Shown here in pieces: positions 53,437-63,825 of a DNA stretch of 64,000 bases. The position numbers and the translations under genes are program-made. The first letter of the stretch is position 1; every line of letters starts with the position of its first letter. Under the pieces are notes generated by a model. That model was not told the DNA's origin. It ran no database searches and saw nothing but the letters and a program-made list of their open reading frames with translations. The DNA comes from Elusimicrobiota bacterium (GTDB lineage Bacteria > Elusimicrobiota > UBA8919). The stretch lies in the NCBI GenBank assembly GCA_043802785.1, contig JAZDKR010000024.1, positions 97-64,096 on the forward strand, written 5' to 3'.

Positions 53437-53535
53437 TTTTTTTCCTCCTCCATTAACGACAGAGATTAGAGATTAGAGAATTAGAAAAATCCTTAATCAC
53501 TTAATCACTCAATCTCTTAATCTCCAATCTCTGCC
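53340..53535. repeat. GGTAAGT/GGATTAAG and GAGATTAG hairpin elements flanking the start of the repeat protein.
   Basis: Direct reading. Confidence 0.65.
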
Positions 53536-53537
53536 TT

Positions 53538-54866
53538 TTATTCTCCATCCTCTACATACGACAGTCCAATAAAAAAAGTAATCGGTAATAATATACGCGC
53601 GGTCGTTAAATTATTCTCAAAAAAACCGGCAATCATCAGCATTATGATAGAATACCCAACAGCAAGGTTTAGTGTGCATCTAACACTTCCTTTTTCAGCC
53701 ATCCGTGCACGCTTAAACGCCATTATGGAATTGCCAAACCAAAACAGGACAAAAAGAATTAAACCAATTAAACCCTCGCTAACACCGACATTCAGATATG
53801 TATTATGCGGATGTCCCTTGAGTACATTTAATATATCTTTTTCACTACTTCCCCCTTTATAACACCTGGAAACAATCCATAATAACGGATATTGCTCCTT
53901 TTCCTTTTCAAAATATACTTCTACCTCTTTCCCCCAATTTTCATAGCCGACACCAATTATAGGATGGTTTTTCATTATTTTCAATGCTGTTCCCCACATC
54001 CATAATCGCTCAACATTACTTAAATTTTCTTTCGTATCAAATATACTTATAATTCTACTTTTTATGCTGAAAGAATACTTAAATATACCAATAAACAAAA
54101 GGAAAATCAATCCGGTTCCTAATATGAACCATTTTATTTTTTTTCTCAATAGTATCAATAGTACCGTCAATAAAGTTGCTACATAATATGTTCTTGATCC
54201 ATTCAAAAGAACCGCAATAAAATTAAGCAACGTCAAAACAAATAAACCAACTTTTATTTTCACATTTTCATTAGAATAACAAAAAAATATAAAAGATACT
54301 ATTGCTATTATACTGTAATACCCTCCGGTGTGTAAAAAATTCCTGAAATTCAAACCGATAAATCTGCCGTTTATAAACGGTTGGTTTTTCAAAAATGGAT
54401 AATCAAAATGAAAAATATGCTGTAAAATCCCCAGCAATACAACAAAAGAAGCAACAACCAAAGTAGAATAAACGATTACTTTTATTTTCTTGATATGTAA
54501 CTGCGGAATAACAAAATACGGAAGATGATCCCAAAATTTCCCTCCGTATTTAATCCAATTTGAAGGATTAAAAAAAACTCTCATTGCACGCCAAAAATAA
54601 AGAAAAAGCAGCGGCAACCCTTCCCAACTGGAAAAAAACTTCTTTCCCAACACGAGATTTATTAAAACAATTAAAAGCAGCAAGCCCAGAATAATATTAG
54701 TAACAGCAATTGAGATTGATGTACTTACACCATAAATAACAAGAAGTATAAATATCGTATCGGTAAATATTTTTTTGTCAGTCAGAATGTTTTTCATATC
54801 TATTTTGTCAACTAAATTGTAGTTGCCTGATTTATCAGGCATAACATCGCCCAATAAATTGGGCAA
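53538..54866 (-). CDS. O-antigen ligase/polymerase family membrane protein. The likely start is MKNILTDKK, near 54797.
   Basis: About 10 TM helices and a periplasmic loop with HPHNTYLNVGVSEGLIG. The reported N-terminal 23 residues are encoded by a miniature element. Confidence 0.65.
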   Translation of the reverse strand: MPNLLGDVMPDKSGNYNLVDKIDMKNILTDKKIFTDTIFILLVIYGVSTSISIAVTNIILGLLLLIVLINLVLGKKFFSSWEGLPLLFLYFWRAMRVFFNPSNWIKYGGKFWDHLPYFVIPQLHIKKIKVIVYSTLVVASFVVLLGILQHIFHFDYPFLKNQPFINGRFIGLNFRNFLHTGGYYSIIAIVSFIFFCYSNENVKIKVGLFVLTLLNFIAVLLNGSRTYYVATLLTVLLILLRKKIKWFILGTGLIFLLFIGIFKYSFSIKSRIISIFDTKENLSNVERLWMWGTALKIMKNHPIIGVGYENWGKEVEVYFEKEKEQYPLLWIVSRCYKGGSSEKDILNVLKGHPHNTYLNVGVSEGLIGLILFVLFWFGNSIMAFKRARMAEKGSVRCTLNLAVGYSIIMLMIAGFFENNLTTARILLPITFFIGLSYVEDGE

Positions 54867-54870
54867 CTAC
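54819..54870. repeat. GTAGTTGC/GCAACTAC miniature element. It supplies the TAG stop of the capD-like gene.
   Basis: Sequence gtagttgcctgatttatcaggcataacatcgcccaataaattgggcaactac. Confidence 0.8.
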
Positions 54871-56721
54871 TTGTCTATATTCGCGGGGGCATAATTGGGA
54901 ACCATTTCTTTTAATTTAAGAATGATTTTTTCCTCGTCCATTATAACAGCAAAATGCTCCAGTTCCCTTATATCTTTCCTGATTTTAGATGGGTCAAGAT
55001 TTTCAGGAGTGGTTACATATATTTTTCTATGCTTTGTAATTTTATCTTTTTCTTTGTCCAAAAGTATTTCTTCGTAAAGTTTTTCGCCGGGACGAAGTCC
55101 AACATATTTAATTGAAATATCTTTGTCTAATTTAAGCCCCGAAAGAGCAATAAGGTTTTTTGCCAAATCAACAATTTTTATCTGCTCACCCATATCCAAA
55201 ATAAAAATTTCGCCGACGCCAGAACCCATCGCACCCGCCTGTAGGACAAGTTGCGCCGCCTCGGGAATACTCATAAAATATCTTCGAACATCCGGGTGAG
55301 TTACCGTTACAGGTCCGCCATCCTCAATCTGTTTTTTGAACAATGGAATTACGCTGCCTGTTGAACCGAGAACATTTCCGAAACGAACCGCTATAAACTT
55401 TGTTTTGCTGAACCCTGCTTTTGCCTGCAAAATTTTCTCCGCAACCCTCTTTGTTGCACCCATAACATTTGCTGGATTGACTGCTTTATCGGTAGAAATA
55501 AGAACAAACCGTTCAACTTTGTAATGATGTGAGGCATAAATTAAATTTCTGGAACCAATAATATTATTTTTTATCGCCGAGACCGGATTTTCTTCCATCA
55601 GAGGAACATGCTTATGCGCTGCAGCGTGAAAAACGACATCCGGCCTGTAAGTAAAAAATATGTGCCTCAATAACCCGACATCCTTTATATCTCCAATTAT
55701 TGTCTTATATTTCAATTGGGGATAGAGGGTGGAAAATTCAACTCCGAGATAATAAACATAATTTTCGTGGTTATCCAAAAGAATCAAAAGTTCAGGCGAA
55801 AATTTCACTATTTGCCGACACAACTCCGCACCAATTGAACCACCGGCACCGGTGACCAAAACCCGTTTGTTTCTGATGTAGGAACTTATTTCCGTTTCGT
55901 CTATTTTTACCGATTCCCTGCCCAACAAATCATCCGGCTGAACTTTGCGCGGCTTCACTTCAAGATGCCCGGATATTATTTTATCAAACCCTGGAACGAT
56001 TTTTATATTTGCATCCGTCATCTCGCAATACGAAAGAATGTCTCTTATTGCTTCGCCTTTCACAGACGGTATTGCCAAAATTATTTCTTCAACATCGTAT
56101 TTTGAAACCACATCAGGAATAATTTTTCTGCCACCGAAGATTTTCAAACCGAATATAGAATGCCTTTTTTTGGCAGTGTCGTCGTCAATAAAACCGACTA
56201 TATTCAAGCCAGCGAGCAAATTATTCTGACACTCCCTCAAAACCGCTATTCCCGCCTGACCCGCACCGACAATCAGAACATTCTTTTTTTTTTGTTGTCA
56301 GTGATTCCTTGAATCTTTCTCTTATTAAACGGGTAAAAAACCTGACACCCGATACAAAAACAGTGCACAAAATAAAGTCAATTATGAAAACGGAACGAGG
56401 AAATCCGAAAAAAGTATGATAAAAAAATACGGTTGCAGCGAAAACGACATTAGCAAGAAAATTAGCGAGTATTATATCCCATAAATCGCCAATACTTACA
56501 TATCTCCACAAACCTGTGAACAGTCCGAAAAAATAAAAGAAAAGAAGTTTTATGATAATCAAAAACGGAAGAGTTCTTAAAATAACTTGCCAGTTTTCAG
56601 GAAAAAATGTAAATTCAAACCGAAGATAAAACGCCGAGATATATGCAATAATGATCAGGCACAAATGAAGCAGCACAATCAGAGGCCTTCGTAAATTAAC
56701 TATTATTTTTTTTATGTTCAT
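54867..56721 (-). pseudogene. CapD/WbpM/PglF-like membrane-anchored polysaccharide dehydratase, split by a +1 frameshift at an A10 tract (56284-56293).
   Basis: The N-terminal ORF (56221-56721) has 4 TM helices. The C-terminal ORF has the SDR dehydratase domain. The alternative frame across the tract reads KNVLIVGAGQAGIAVLRECQ. A9 would restore the reading frame. Confidence 0.75.
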
Positions 56722-56745
56722 ATTGAAATTATTTGATAAGATTTT

Positions 56746-57336
56746 TTAATGCTGAACACCTTCTTTTCTAATAACCTTCAGAACAGTCAAAAGAATGATG
56801 TAAATATCAAAAACAAAAGAGCGGTGATTGAAGTAATACTCTTCAAAAGAAACTTTTACGGGAATTGGTAAGTCATCTCTTCCATTTATCTGTGCCCAAC
56901 CGGTAACTCCAGGAATCAGGTTATGAATATTTTTTTTAGTTCGTAATGCCACCAGATCATCCTGATTAAATAACGCAGGACGAGGACCAACAAAACTCAT
57001 ATCGCCCTTAAGGACATTAAATATCTGAGGAATTTCATCAATGCTGTATGCACGCAAGAACTTTCCGATTGAGGTCAAGTAAATTTCTGGATCCTTCATT
57101 AAGTGAGTTGCCAATTGAGGAGTATCAATTTTCATAGTCCTGAATTTAGCCATTTTGAAAATACAATTGTTCCTGCCAATACGATTTGTCCAGAATATAA
57201 CCGGTCCTTTGGAAGATAATTTAATTGCCGCGGCAATAACCAGCATAGGGATACTAAATAAAACTATCAAAACCAAAACCAATATTAAATCAAAAATGCG
57301 CTTTATCATCACATGCAGCTTCAGAAATTGCATCAA
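56746..57336 (-). CDS. Bacterial sugar transferase (initiating phosphoglycosyl transferase, PglC/WbaP C-terminal type). The likely start is MIKRIFDL, near 57309.
   Basis: SIDEIPQIFNVLKGDMSFVGPRP. Confidence 0.8.
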   Translation of the reverse strand: MMQFLKLHVMIKRIFDLILVLVLIVLFSIPMLVIAAAIKLSSKGPVIFWTNRIGRNNCIFKMAKFRTMKIDTPQLATHLMKDPEIYLTSIGKFLRAYSIDEIPQIFNVLKGDMSFVGPRPALFNQDDLVALRTKKNIHNLIPGVTGWAQINGRDDLPIPVKVSFEEYYFNHRSFVFDIYIILLTVLKVIRKEGVQH

Positions 57337-57385
57337 AGATAAGTGGTTACAAAAGAAATATTATTTTTCAGAATGCCAAGAATAT

Positions 57386-58522
57386 CTAAGACAAAAGTTC
57401 GGGTAGTCGCCTTAGCGCATCTTCTATGGGAAGAATTGAAATTTTGCCATCTCTCATTTCACGACTACCTCCATATACAAAATATGCCTTTGACATATGG
57501 TAATCTGCAAGAAAAGACTTTAACCCTTTTAACATGCCCCCTGAAATCCTATTAGTTCGTTTAATCTCAAAAACACAAATCCCTTTATCCCCGTATAACA
57601 CAAAATCCACTTCCGCATTGTCAGCCGTCCTCCAATAGTATATTTTATATCCTAGCCCGTAATCGGTATTTGCGGCATTGAGTTCTTGGAAAAGAAGCGT
57701 CTCGAGACTGATGCCTTCTATTTCTTCGGGCATATCCAAAGGGCCCGCAGGCCTTAAAGTGCGGTAAACTCCCGCGTCAAAAAAATAGAATTTAGGATGA
57801 CCAATCATACGTCTCTTTGCTTTTTTGACAAAAACAGGCACCCTGTAAGCCATAAGCAACTCTTCTAATATTAAAAAGTAACTTTCCACAACCTTGCGAT
57901 CAACGGAACACTCCCTGGCAACCGACGAGATATTAAGGATTGATCCTTGCGAAAAACTTGCTGCTTCAAGGAAACGGGCAAATCCCGCTAAATTTCTGGT
58001 TAAGCCCTCCTGTTGTATTTCCTCTTCCAGATAGGTCTTTACATAACTCTCAAGATATGCCTTTGGATCTTTTTCCATATAAACACTGGGCAACTGTCCA
58101 TATTTAAGCGAATGCCCTAAATTAAAATCTTTACCTAATTCCGATACAGTGAGCGAATGCATATAATAGGTAAGGGCGCGGCCGGCCAGTAAATTTTGTC
58201 CTTTTCTCTTTATCTTTCGCGCATTTGAGCCGGTTAAAATAAATTTATATTTATATTTCTCTATCAAGCGGTGAACCTCATTCAATAGTTCGGGCACTCT
58301 TTGTACTTCATCTATAATAATCCAGTCCTTAAAACCTTCAGGGATTAAGTTTTCTAGCCGTTGCGGATTAGCCAGAAGGTTATTAAAAAGCTCCGCCTCT
58401 AATAAATCCACATATACAGCTTTGGGAAAAGCAGACTTTACCCACGTGGTCTTACCTGTGCCTCGCGGACCAAATAAGAAGAAACTTTTACCTTCAGGCG
58501 AGTGAATTAATCTGGAATACAT
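57386..58522 (-). CDS. AAA+ ATPase (COG1373-like, AAA_14/DUF4143), the second copy in the window.
   Basis: GPRGTGKTT ... IIDEVQRVP ... TGSNA. Confidence 0.55.
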   Translation of the reverse strand: MYSRLIHSPEGKSFFLFGPRGTGKTTWVKSAFPKAVYVDLLEAELFNNLLANPQRLENLIPEGFKDWIIIDEVQRVPELLNEVHRLIEKYKYKFILTGSNARKIKRKGQNLLAGRALTYYMHSLTVSELGKDFNLGHSLKYGQLPSVYMEKDPKAYLESYVKTYLEEEIQQEGLTRNLAGFARFLEAASFSQGSILNISSVARECSVDRKVVESYFLILEELLMAYRVPVFVKKAKRRMIGHPKFYFFDAGVYRTLRPAGPLDMPEEIEGISLETLLFQELNAANTDYGLGYKIYYWRTADNAEVDFVLYGDKGICVFEIKRTNRISGGMLKGLKSFLADYHMSKAYFVYGGSREMRDGKISILPIEDALRRLPELLS

Positions 58523-58568
58523 AGTTCCATTTTACACATATTTTTGGAGTTGTCAAGAGTAAAATTAT

Positions 58569-59534
58569 TCATGTCAATGTCATTCCTCTAACCGTCGCCT
58601 TAATCCCCTCTTCAATGGTAAAAGGTGGTTCCCAGCCAAGCATATTTCTAATTTTACTGCTGTCAACAAGAAGAGTTCCTGTTAATTTCTCCAGCTCTTC
58701 TGCCTTTCCCGCAATCCTACACAGCGCCTTCAAAATACACGAATGCAAAGAAAATAAAACTGCCTTTTTATTCATCGCAAAAGCGAGCATCTTTATTAAA
58801 TCCGGAGTAGAAATATCCTGCCCATCGCTTACCAAAAAAGTCTCGCCTGCTGCCAGCGGATGAGTAACGCAAGTAATAATAGCATCCACCAAATTGCCGA
58901 GGTAAAGAAAACTATGTAAATTCTTTATTTTGCCCAAAGGAAGCGGAATCCTCTTTTTAATTAGATGCATAAGACGGGAAAAATTCCCCGGAGCGTTTGG
59001 GCCATAAACTAATGGCGGTCGTAAAATTACAACTTCCATCCCGGTATTTTTTGCCGCCTTACGCAAGGTTTGTTCAGCCTCCCATTTTGAAACAGCATAC
59101 GCGCCAACCGGATTAGGAATATTATTTTCGGTAAAAGGTTTTCTATCGGTAAATTCCCCATTTACGCCGATTGAGCTAATATAAATGAACTTATGCACAC
59201 CTGCCCGAGCACATGCTATAGCAAGACATTCAGTTCCCAAAACATTAACCCGATGATATACAGAAGCTGGATCACTTTCTTGTTCATCCATTACATGTGC
59301 CCGGCCAGCTAAATGAATAACAAAATCAATATTTTTAAGTGCATTTGTCCAATCGGTTGACTCATTTATATCTCCCACCTGAATATAATCATCAGCCCCA
59401 GTGACATCATGTGCATTATTACGTACAGCCCCTCGGACAATATATCCTTTTTCTTTTAAAGTAGCACACAGATTACGGCCAATAAATCCATTTGCTCCCG
59501 TTACAAGCACTTTTTTACGCTTATCTATTTCCAT
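58569..59534 (-). CDS. NAD-dependent epimerase/dehydratase (SDR).
   Basis: VLVTGANGFIGRNL, YAVSK. Confidence 0.7.
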   Translation of the reverse strand: MEIDKRKKVLVTGANGFIGRNLCATLKEKGYIVRGAVRNNAHDVTGADDYIQVGDINESTDWTNALKNIDFVIHLAGRAHVMDEQESDPASVYHRVNVLGTECLAIACARAGVHKFIYISSIGVNGEFTDRKPFTENNIPNPVGAYAVSKWEAEQTLRKAAKNTGMEVVILRPPLVYGPNAPGNFSRLMHLIKKRIPLPLGKIKNLHSFLYLGNLVDAIITCVTHPLAAGETFLVSDGQDISTPDLIKMLAFAMNKKAVLFSLHSCILKALCRIAGKAEELEKLTGTLLVDSSKIRNMLGWEPPFTIEEGIKATVRGMTLT

Positions 59535-59564
59535 TAAGCAACCTATTCTTCTGTCTTCTACCCT

Positions 59565-60824
59565 CTACCCCTGCCTGACATCTTCACGAGCACTCTCACA
59601 ATTCTTTCGGCAACCTTTCCCAATCCACTTCTCAAATTGTGCCAATAAAACATCCCGCGTAAAATGCTTCTCAAAATACGCCCGTCCCCGTAAACCCATT
59701 TCTTTTCGTTCTGCACCAGTAAGATTAAACATCTTTAAAACACACTCTGAGAGCGCCACATAGTCATCAGCAGGACACGAAAATCCCGCTCCCGATTCCT
59801 GGATCACCTTTGCCCCGTCTCCGTCAAGACACGCCAGAATCGGACGGCCGCATGCCATATACGACTGGATCTTCGCCGGAAGCGTAAGGGCAAATATAGG
59901 ATCTCTTTTTAGGCTAACCAACAACACATCAGCCAAGGCAAAATAACCCGACATTGTCTCTACAGGACGCTTCCCTAGAAGATGCACAGTATTCTCTAAT
60001 TTACGCAGCCGGACCTGCTCTTCTACCCAAGGCTTCATCCGGCCATCTCCGATAATAATCCAATGGATATCTGAAAATTTCTTTAATTTTTCTGCGGCTT
60101 CGATAATTGTTTTAAAGCCCTGCGCGGCGCCGATATTTCCCGCAAACATAATACGAAAACCAGAAAACATTTCTCGACTTTCCGCTGAGTTTTCATTAAC
60201 AGCAACAATTTTATAATTATCCTCTGCCCATTGCGGCCAATAATTAATCTTCGATTCATCAATACCCATTTCCTTAATCCGCCCTACAAAACCGGGGGAG
60301 GAAACAAGAATCTGATCACAACGTTTATAGATAAAATATACAATTTTTTTTACTACGCTCAAAAATAAAGATGACTTAATAGCACCTACGGCAGAAATAG
60401 ATTCAGGCCATAAATCTAAGACATATAAGACTAACTGGACTTTACGAATTTTCCTTAAGACGATAGAGGGTATAGCCATGAGAATCGGCGATATACCATA
60501 TACAAATATAACATCATATTTTTGACTACAAACAAATGGAACAAGCAATGATCCAAATATAACAAAAGACAAATAATTAAGAACTAGATTAAAATTTCCA
60601 CCTTTTCCTCGTGGAATAAGCGGAACACGAATTACCTGAGCTCCGCAATAGTTTTGACGTGTATTTTTGAAAAAATTATAACCGGAGTAAAATTTGCCGT
60701 CCGGATAATTTGGTATTCCGGTTAGGACAGTAACTTGATGCCCTTTTTGTACTAACCCTGTACTTATATCATTAACCCGAAAGTTTTCCGGCCAAAAATA
60801 TTGAGAAACTATTAAAATCCTCAT
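59565..60824 (-). CDS. GT4 glycosyltransferase (WbuB-like).
   Basis: MRILIVSQYFWPENFRVNDIS ... GT4 C-terminal domain. Confidence 0.7.
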   Translation of the reverse strand: MRILIVSQYFWPENFRVNDISTGLVQKGHQVTVLTGIPNYPDGKFYSGYNFFKNTRQNYCGAQVIRVPLIPRGKGGNFNLVLNYLSFVIFGSLLVPFVCSQKYDVIFVYGISPILMAIPSIVLRKIRKVQLVLYVLDLWPESISAVGAIKSSLFLSVVKKIVYFIYKRCDQILVSSPGFVGRIKEMGIDESKINYWPQWAEDNYKIVAVNENSAESREMFSGFRIMFAGNIGAAQGFKTIIEAAEKLKKFSDIHWIIIGDGRMKPWVEEQVRLRKLENTVHLLGKRPVETMSGYFALADVLLVSLKRDPIFALTLPAKIQSYMACGRPILACLDGDGAKVIQESGAGFSCPADDYVALSECVLKMFNLTGAERKEMGLRGRAYFEKHFTRDVLLAQFEKWIGKGCRKNCESAREDVRQG

Positions 60825-60838
60825 AAAAGTAAAATATC

Positions 60839-61879
60839 CTATTTTATGACATCTATATTGGCGCTACTAATGCCCGGGCCAAATTTTGCTGAACGTTTAA
60901 TGTTTTCCAAGTTACTTTTCATCCAGTTTATAGTAATCTTTAATCCTTCATCAAAATCCATGCTTGATTTATAACCAATAATCTTGTTGGCCTTATCTGT
61001 ACTTGCCAATAACCGATCTTTGGTATCCCATTTTCTTTTTGAACCAATTATAATTTCGGATTTACTTCCGGAATATTCTACTATTTTCTCTGCCAAATAA
61101 CCAATCTCAATTTCCCTGCCCCCAGAAAGATTATATGCTTCGCCGATTGCTTCTTTACAATACCCAGAACGCAATAGAGCATCAACCAAATCTAAAACCC
61201 AAGCAAAATCACGAGTAGCATGAGGATTACCGGTTATAACCAAAGGTTTTCCTAACAAAGCCCAGTAAATAAAATTAGGAATTACGTTACGATACTGACC
61301 GGGTACTTCTCCCGGCCCGTAACTATTGAAAAATCTTGTCTTAACTACGGGTAAATCATAATGATGATAAAAAAAGTTACAGTAAAGTTCGCCTAACATT
61401 TTAGTAATCTGATAAGGAGTAGTATGAAATAGAGACATCTGATCCTCTGTAAGCGGTAATTTGCCATGACTACCATAAATTGAACAACCTGAACTGGCGT
61501 ATACAAAACGTTCGACTTTTTCTGACATACTTGCAAATTGAAGTGTACGTAAAATGCCAAGACCATTTACTTCCAAATCTTTTTCCGGATAATCAAGAGA
61601 GTTTTGATTGGCAAAAAGAGCAGCCAAATGAAAAACAATTGTCGGCTTTAAATTGAACACCCTCTTAAGTTCATTTTGATCAACCACACTTCCTTTAATA
61701 AACTGGATATTCCTTTCATTAGGAATACTCCATAATTCAGCGCTAGATAAATCATCTAAAACTATAATTCTCTCTGCTTCCAACGCGCTTAACGCCCTAA
61801 TAAGATTGCATCCGATTGCTCCGGCACCACCGGTTACCAAAACAGTTCTCCCTTTATAGTAAGATTTATACTTATCCAT
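60839..61879 (-). CDS. NAD-dependent epimerase/dehydratase (SDR).
   Basis: VLVTGGAGAIGCNL ... YQITK. Confidence 0.65.
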   Translation of the reverse strand: MDKYKSYYKGRTVLVTGGAGAIGCNLIRALSALEAERIIVLDDLSSAELWSIPNERNIQFIKGSVVDQNELKRVFNLKPTIVFHLAALFANQNSLDYPEKDLEVNGLGILRTLQFASMSEKVERFVYASSGCSIYGSHGKLPLTEDQMSLFHTTPYQITKMLGELYCNFFYHHYDLPVVKTRFFNSYGPGEVPGQYRNVIPNFIYWALLGKPLVITGNPHATRDFAWVLDLVDALLRSGYCKEAIGEAYNLSGGREIEIGYLAEKIVEYSGSKSEIIIGSKRKWDTKDRLLASTDKANKIIGYKSSMDFDEGLKITINWMKSNLENIKRSAKFGPGISSANIDVIK

Positions 61880-61906
61880 TATTTTCTCCTTTTATATTCC
61901 CGACTT

Positions 61907-62926
61907 TTATTTTCCATGCACCTTCCGCATCCACGCTACATACCTCCGAACGCCTTCTTTGATATCAATTTGAGGATTATGCCGTAAATCTCTGCGGCTT
62001 TTACTAAAGTCAACCAATTTCACACGAGTAGTAAAATTCTCCTCTCCTTTATATAGAGCGAGCGACTTATCGGCTTTAGTTTCTTTCAAAATAATTTCAG
62101 CAAGCTCTTCAACGCTGATTCCCCAATCTTCCTTTCCTCCTATATTATAAACTTCTCCGGGAATAAAGTTGTCTACGATGTTTGCAAAAGTTCGACAGGT
62201 ATCTTCTACATAATCAAAAATACGCATATGTCCACGATAAACGGTAAATTTTAACCCATGCAAACAACTATATACTATAATGGGAATCACACCCCGATAA
62301 CGGCTATAATATTCATGCGGCCCATAACAGCCAACCGGCCTAACCCGCACAGTCTCAGTATTAAACATTATCTCGGAGTTTAAACACTGCAATTCTCCTG
62401 CCCACTTTGATATCGCGTAGTCATTCATCTGTTTTATTGCAACTTTCTCCATTACATCTTCGGTCATCAATTTATCATAATCACCATAAACTTCAGCGCT
62501 ACTGAAAAAAATCATGCGAAAATGATGGATTTCCTGAAGACGAAGCATGTTTTTAGTGCCGATGACATTAGTCCGCCAAAGATTCTCATAGTGATCTTCG
62601 CCATTCCAACGGCCATACTCAGCCGCTAAATGGTACACATAATCAAATTTATGATTGCGAAAAATCCAATCCATCTGCTGATAAATTCCTGTATCAGCCT
62701 TGAAGTGTTTAGGGTCTGCTCCCTGAAGTATGTCGCAGGTCCAGACATCATGCCCGCGTGTGCGTAATTCAGAGACCAGATTTGTCCCGATAAAACCTAA
62801 CCCGCCGGTAACTAAAATTTTTAACATGGCTTCATTTCTCCTTTGCTTAAATTTCTTCTGCCGCGCGCATATATTGAACAGTTCGCTTAATTCCGGTTTT
62901 AAAATCATACGGTAAAGGTGCCGCAA
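61907..62926 (-). CDS. NAD-dependent epimerase/dehydratase (SDR). The likely start is MLKILVTGGLGFIGTN, near 62827.
   Basis: Rossmann motif, YAISK. Confidence 0.65.
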   Translation of the reverse strand: MRHLYRMILKPELSELFNICARQKKFKQRRNEAMLKILVTGGLGFIGTNLVSELRTRGHDVWTCDILQGADPKHFKADTGIYQQMDWIFRNHKFDYVYHLAAEYGRWNGEDHYENLWRTNVIGTKNMLRLQEIHHFRMIFFSSAEVYGDYDKLMTEDVMEKVAIKQMNDYAISKWAGELQCLNSEIMFNTETVRVRPVGCYGPHEYYSRYRGVIPIIVYSCLHGLKFTVYRGHMRIFDYVEDTCRTFANIVDNFIPGEVYNIGGKEDWGISVEELAEIILKETKADKSLALYKGEENFTTRVKLVDFSKSRRDLRHNPQIDIKEGVRRYVAWMRKVHGK

Positions 62927-63825
62927 TATCCATAATCGGCTGAAGATTAAACATATATTCCGTGCGGATGTTATTAAGCCTGAAGCTGGTTAAGGGAAAC
63001 TTTTTCCATCCCAAAGATTTAACTACATCCCCGCTTTTTGCTACTAATTTAACGGACCAAAGCGGTAAATGGCGGATTTTTCTTACCCCTAACACCGATT
63101 GGACTTCATTGGCAAATTCGTACAAGTCTACCGGAGGGCTATCCCCTAAATAAAAAACTTTTCTGTCTACCTTCTCAACCGAAGCCAAAAGTAATTGCTG
63201 AATTTGATAAACCATATTTTCCACATACCCCATTGACCTTTTATAATGCCCTGAGCCGATATGAAAATACCAATTACGAGATACTGACTGAAAAAAGTTT
63301 TTGTAAGGTTCTTGTGCATACGGCCCCCAGACTGAAATCGGCCGGATGATTGTCCATGTATAAGGTAAATCCTTCGCCGAACGGACAATCTGTTCTCCAC
63401 GAACCTTGCTTTGTCCGTACAATGTAGTAGGATTATATTCACTATCATCTTTAGGAATATACCCCATTTTGCAGACAAGCAGTGATGAAGTAAATATAGC
63501 ACGCTCAACAGACGGCACTTCCCGCAAAATCCGCACAATACTCTCCACCCCATTTATATTTGCCGCAAAATCACTTAATAGTTTCTCATCCAATACAGTT
63601 TAAAATAACTTCCGGTTTAGTTTTACCAAAAACCTTTTCAAGATTAGGAAAATTCAATACGTCAATATTTTCTATCACCTGATTCGCGTTTTTAAGCAAA
63701 TTAAAATTCTCATAATCATCACGGCAACCTCGGATTGTAGCATATGTCTTGGGAAAACGAACAGACAAATATTGCCACAATTGATGACCAAGCATTCCGC
63801 TTGCGCCTAAAATTATTATGCGCAT
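62847..63825 (-). pseudogene. SDR-type sugar nucleotide reductase/epimerase, split by a frameshift at about 63586-63593.
   Basis: The N-terminal ORF MRIIILGASGMLG (Rossmann fold) and the C-terminal ORF with YGQSK overlap by 8 nt in different frames. Confidence 0.55.
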
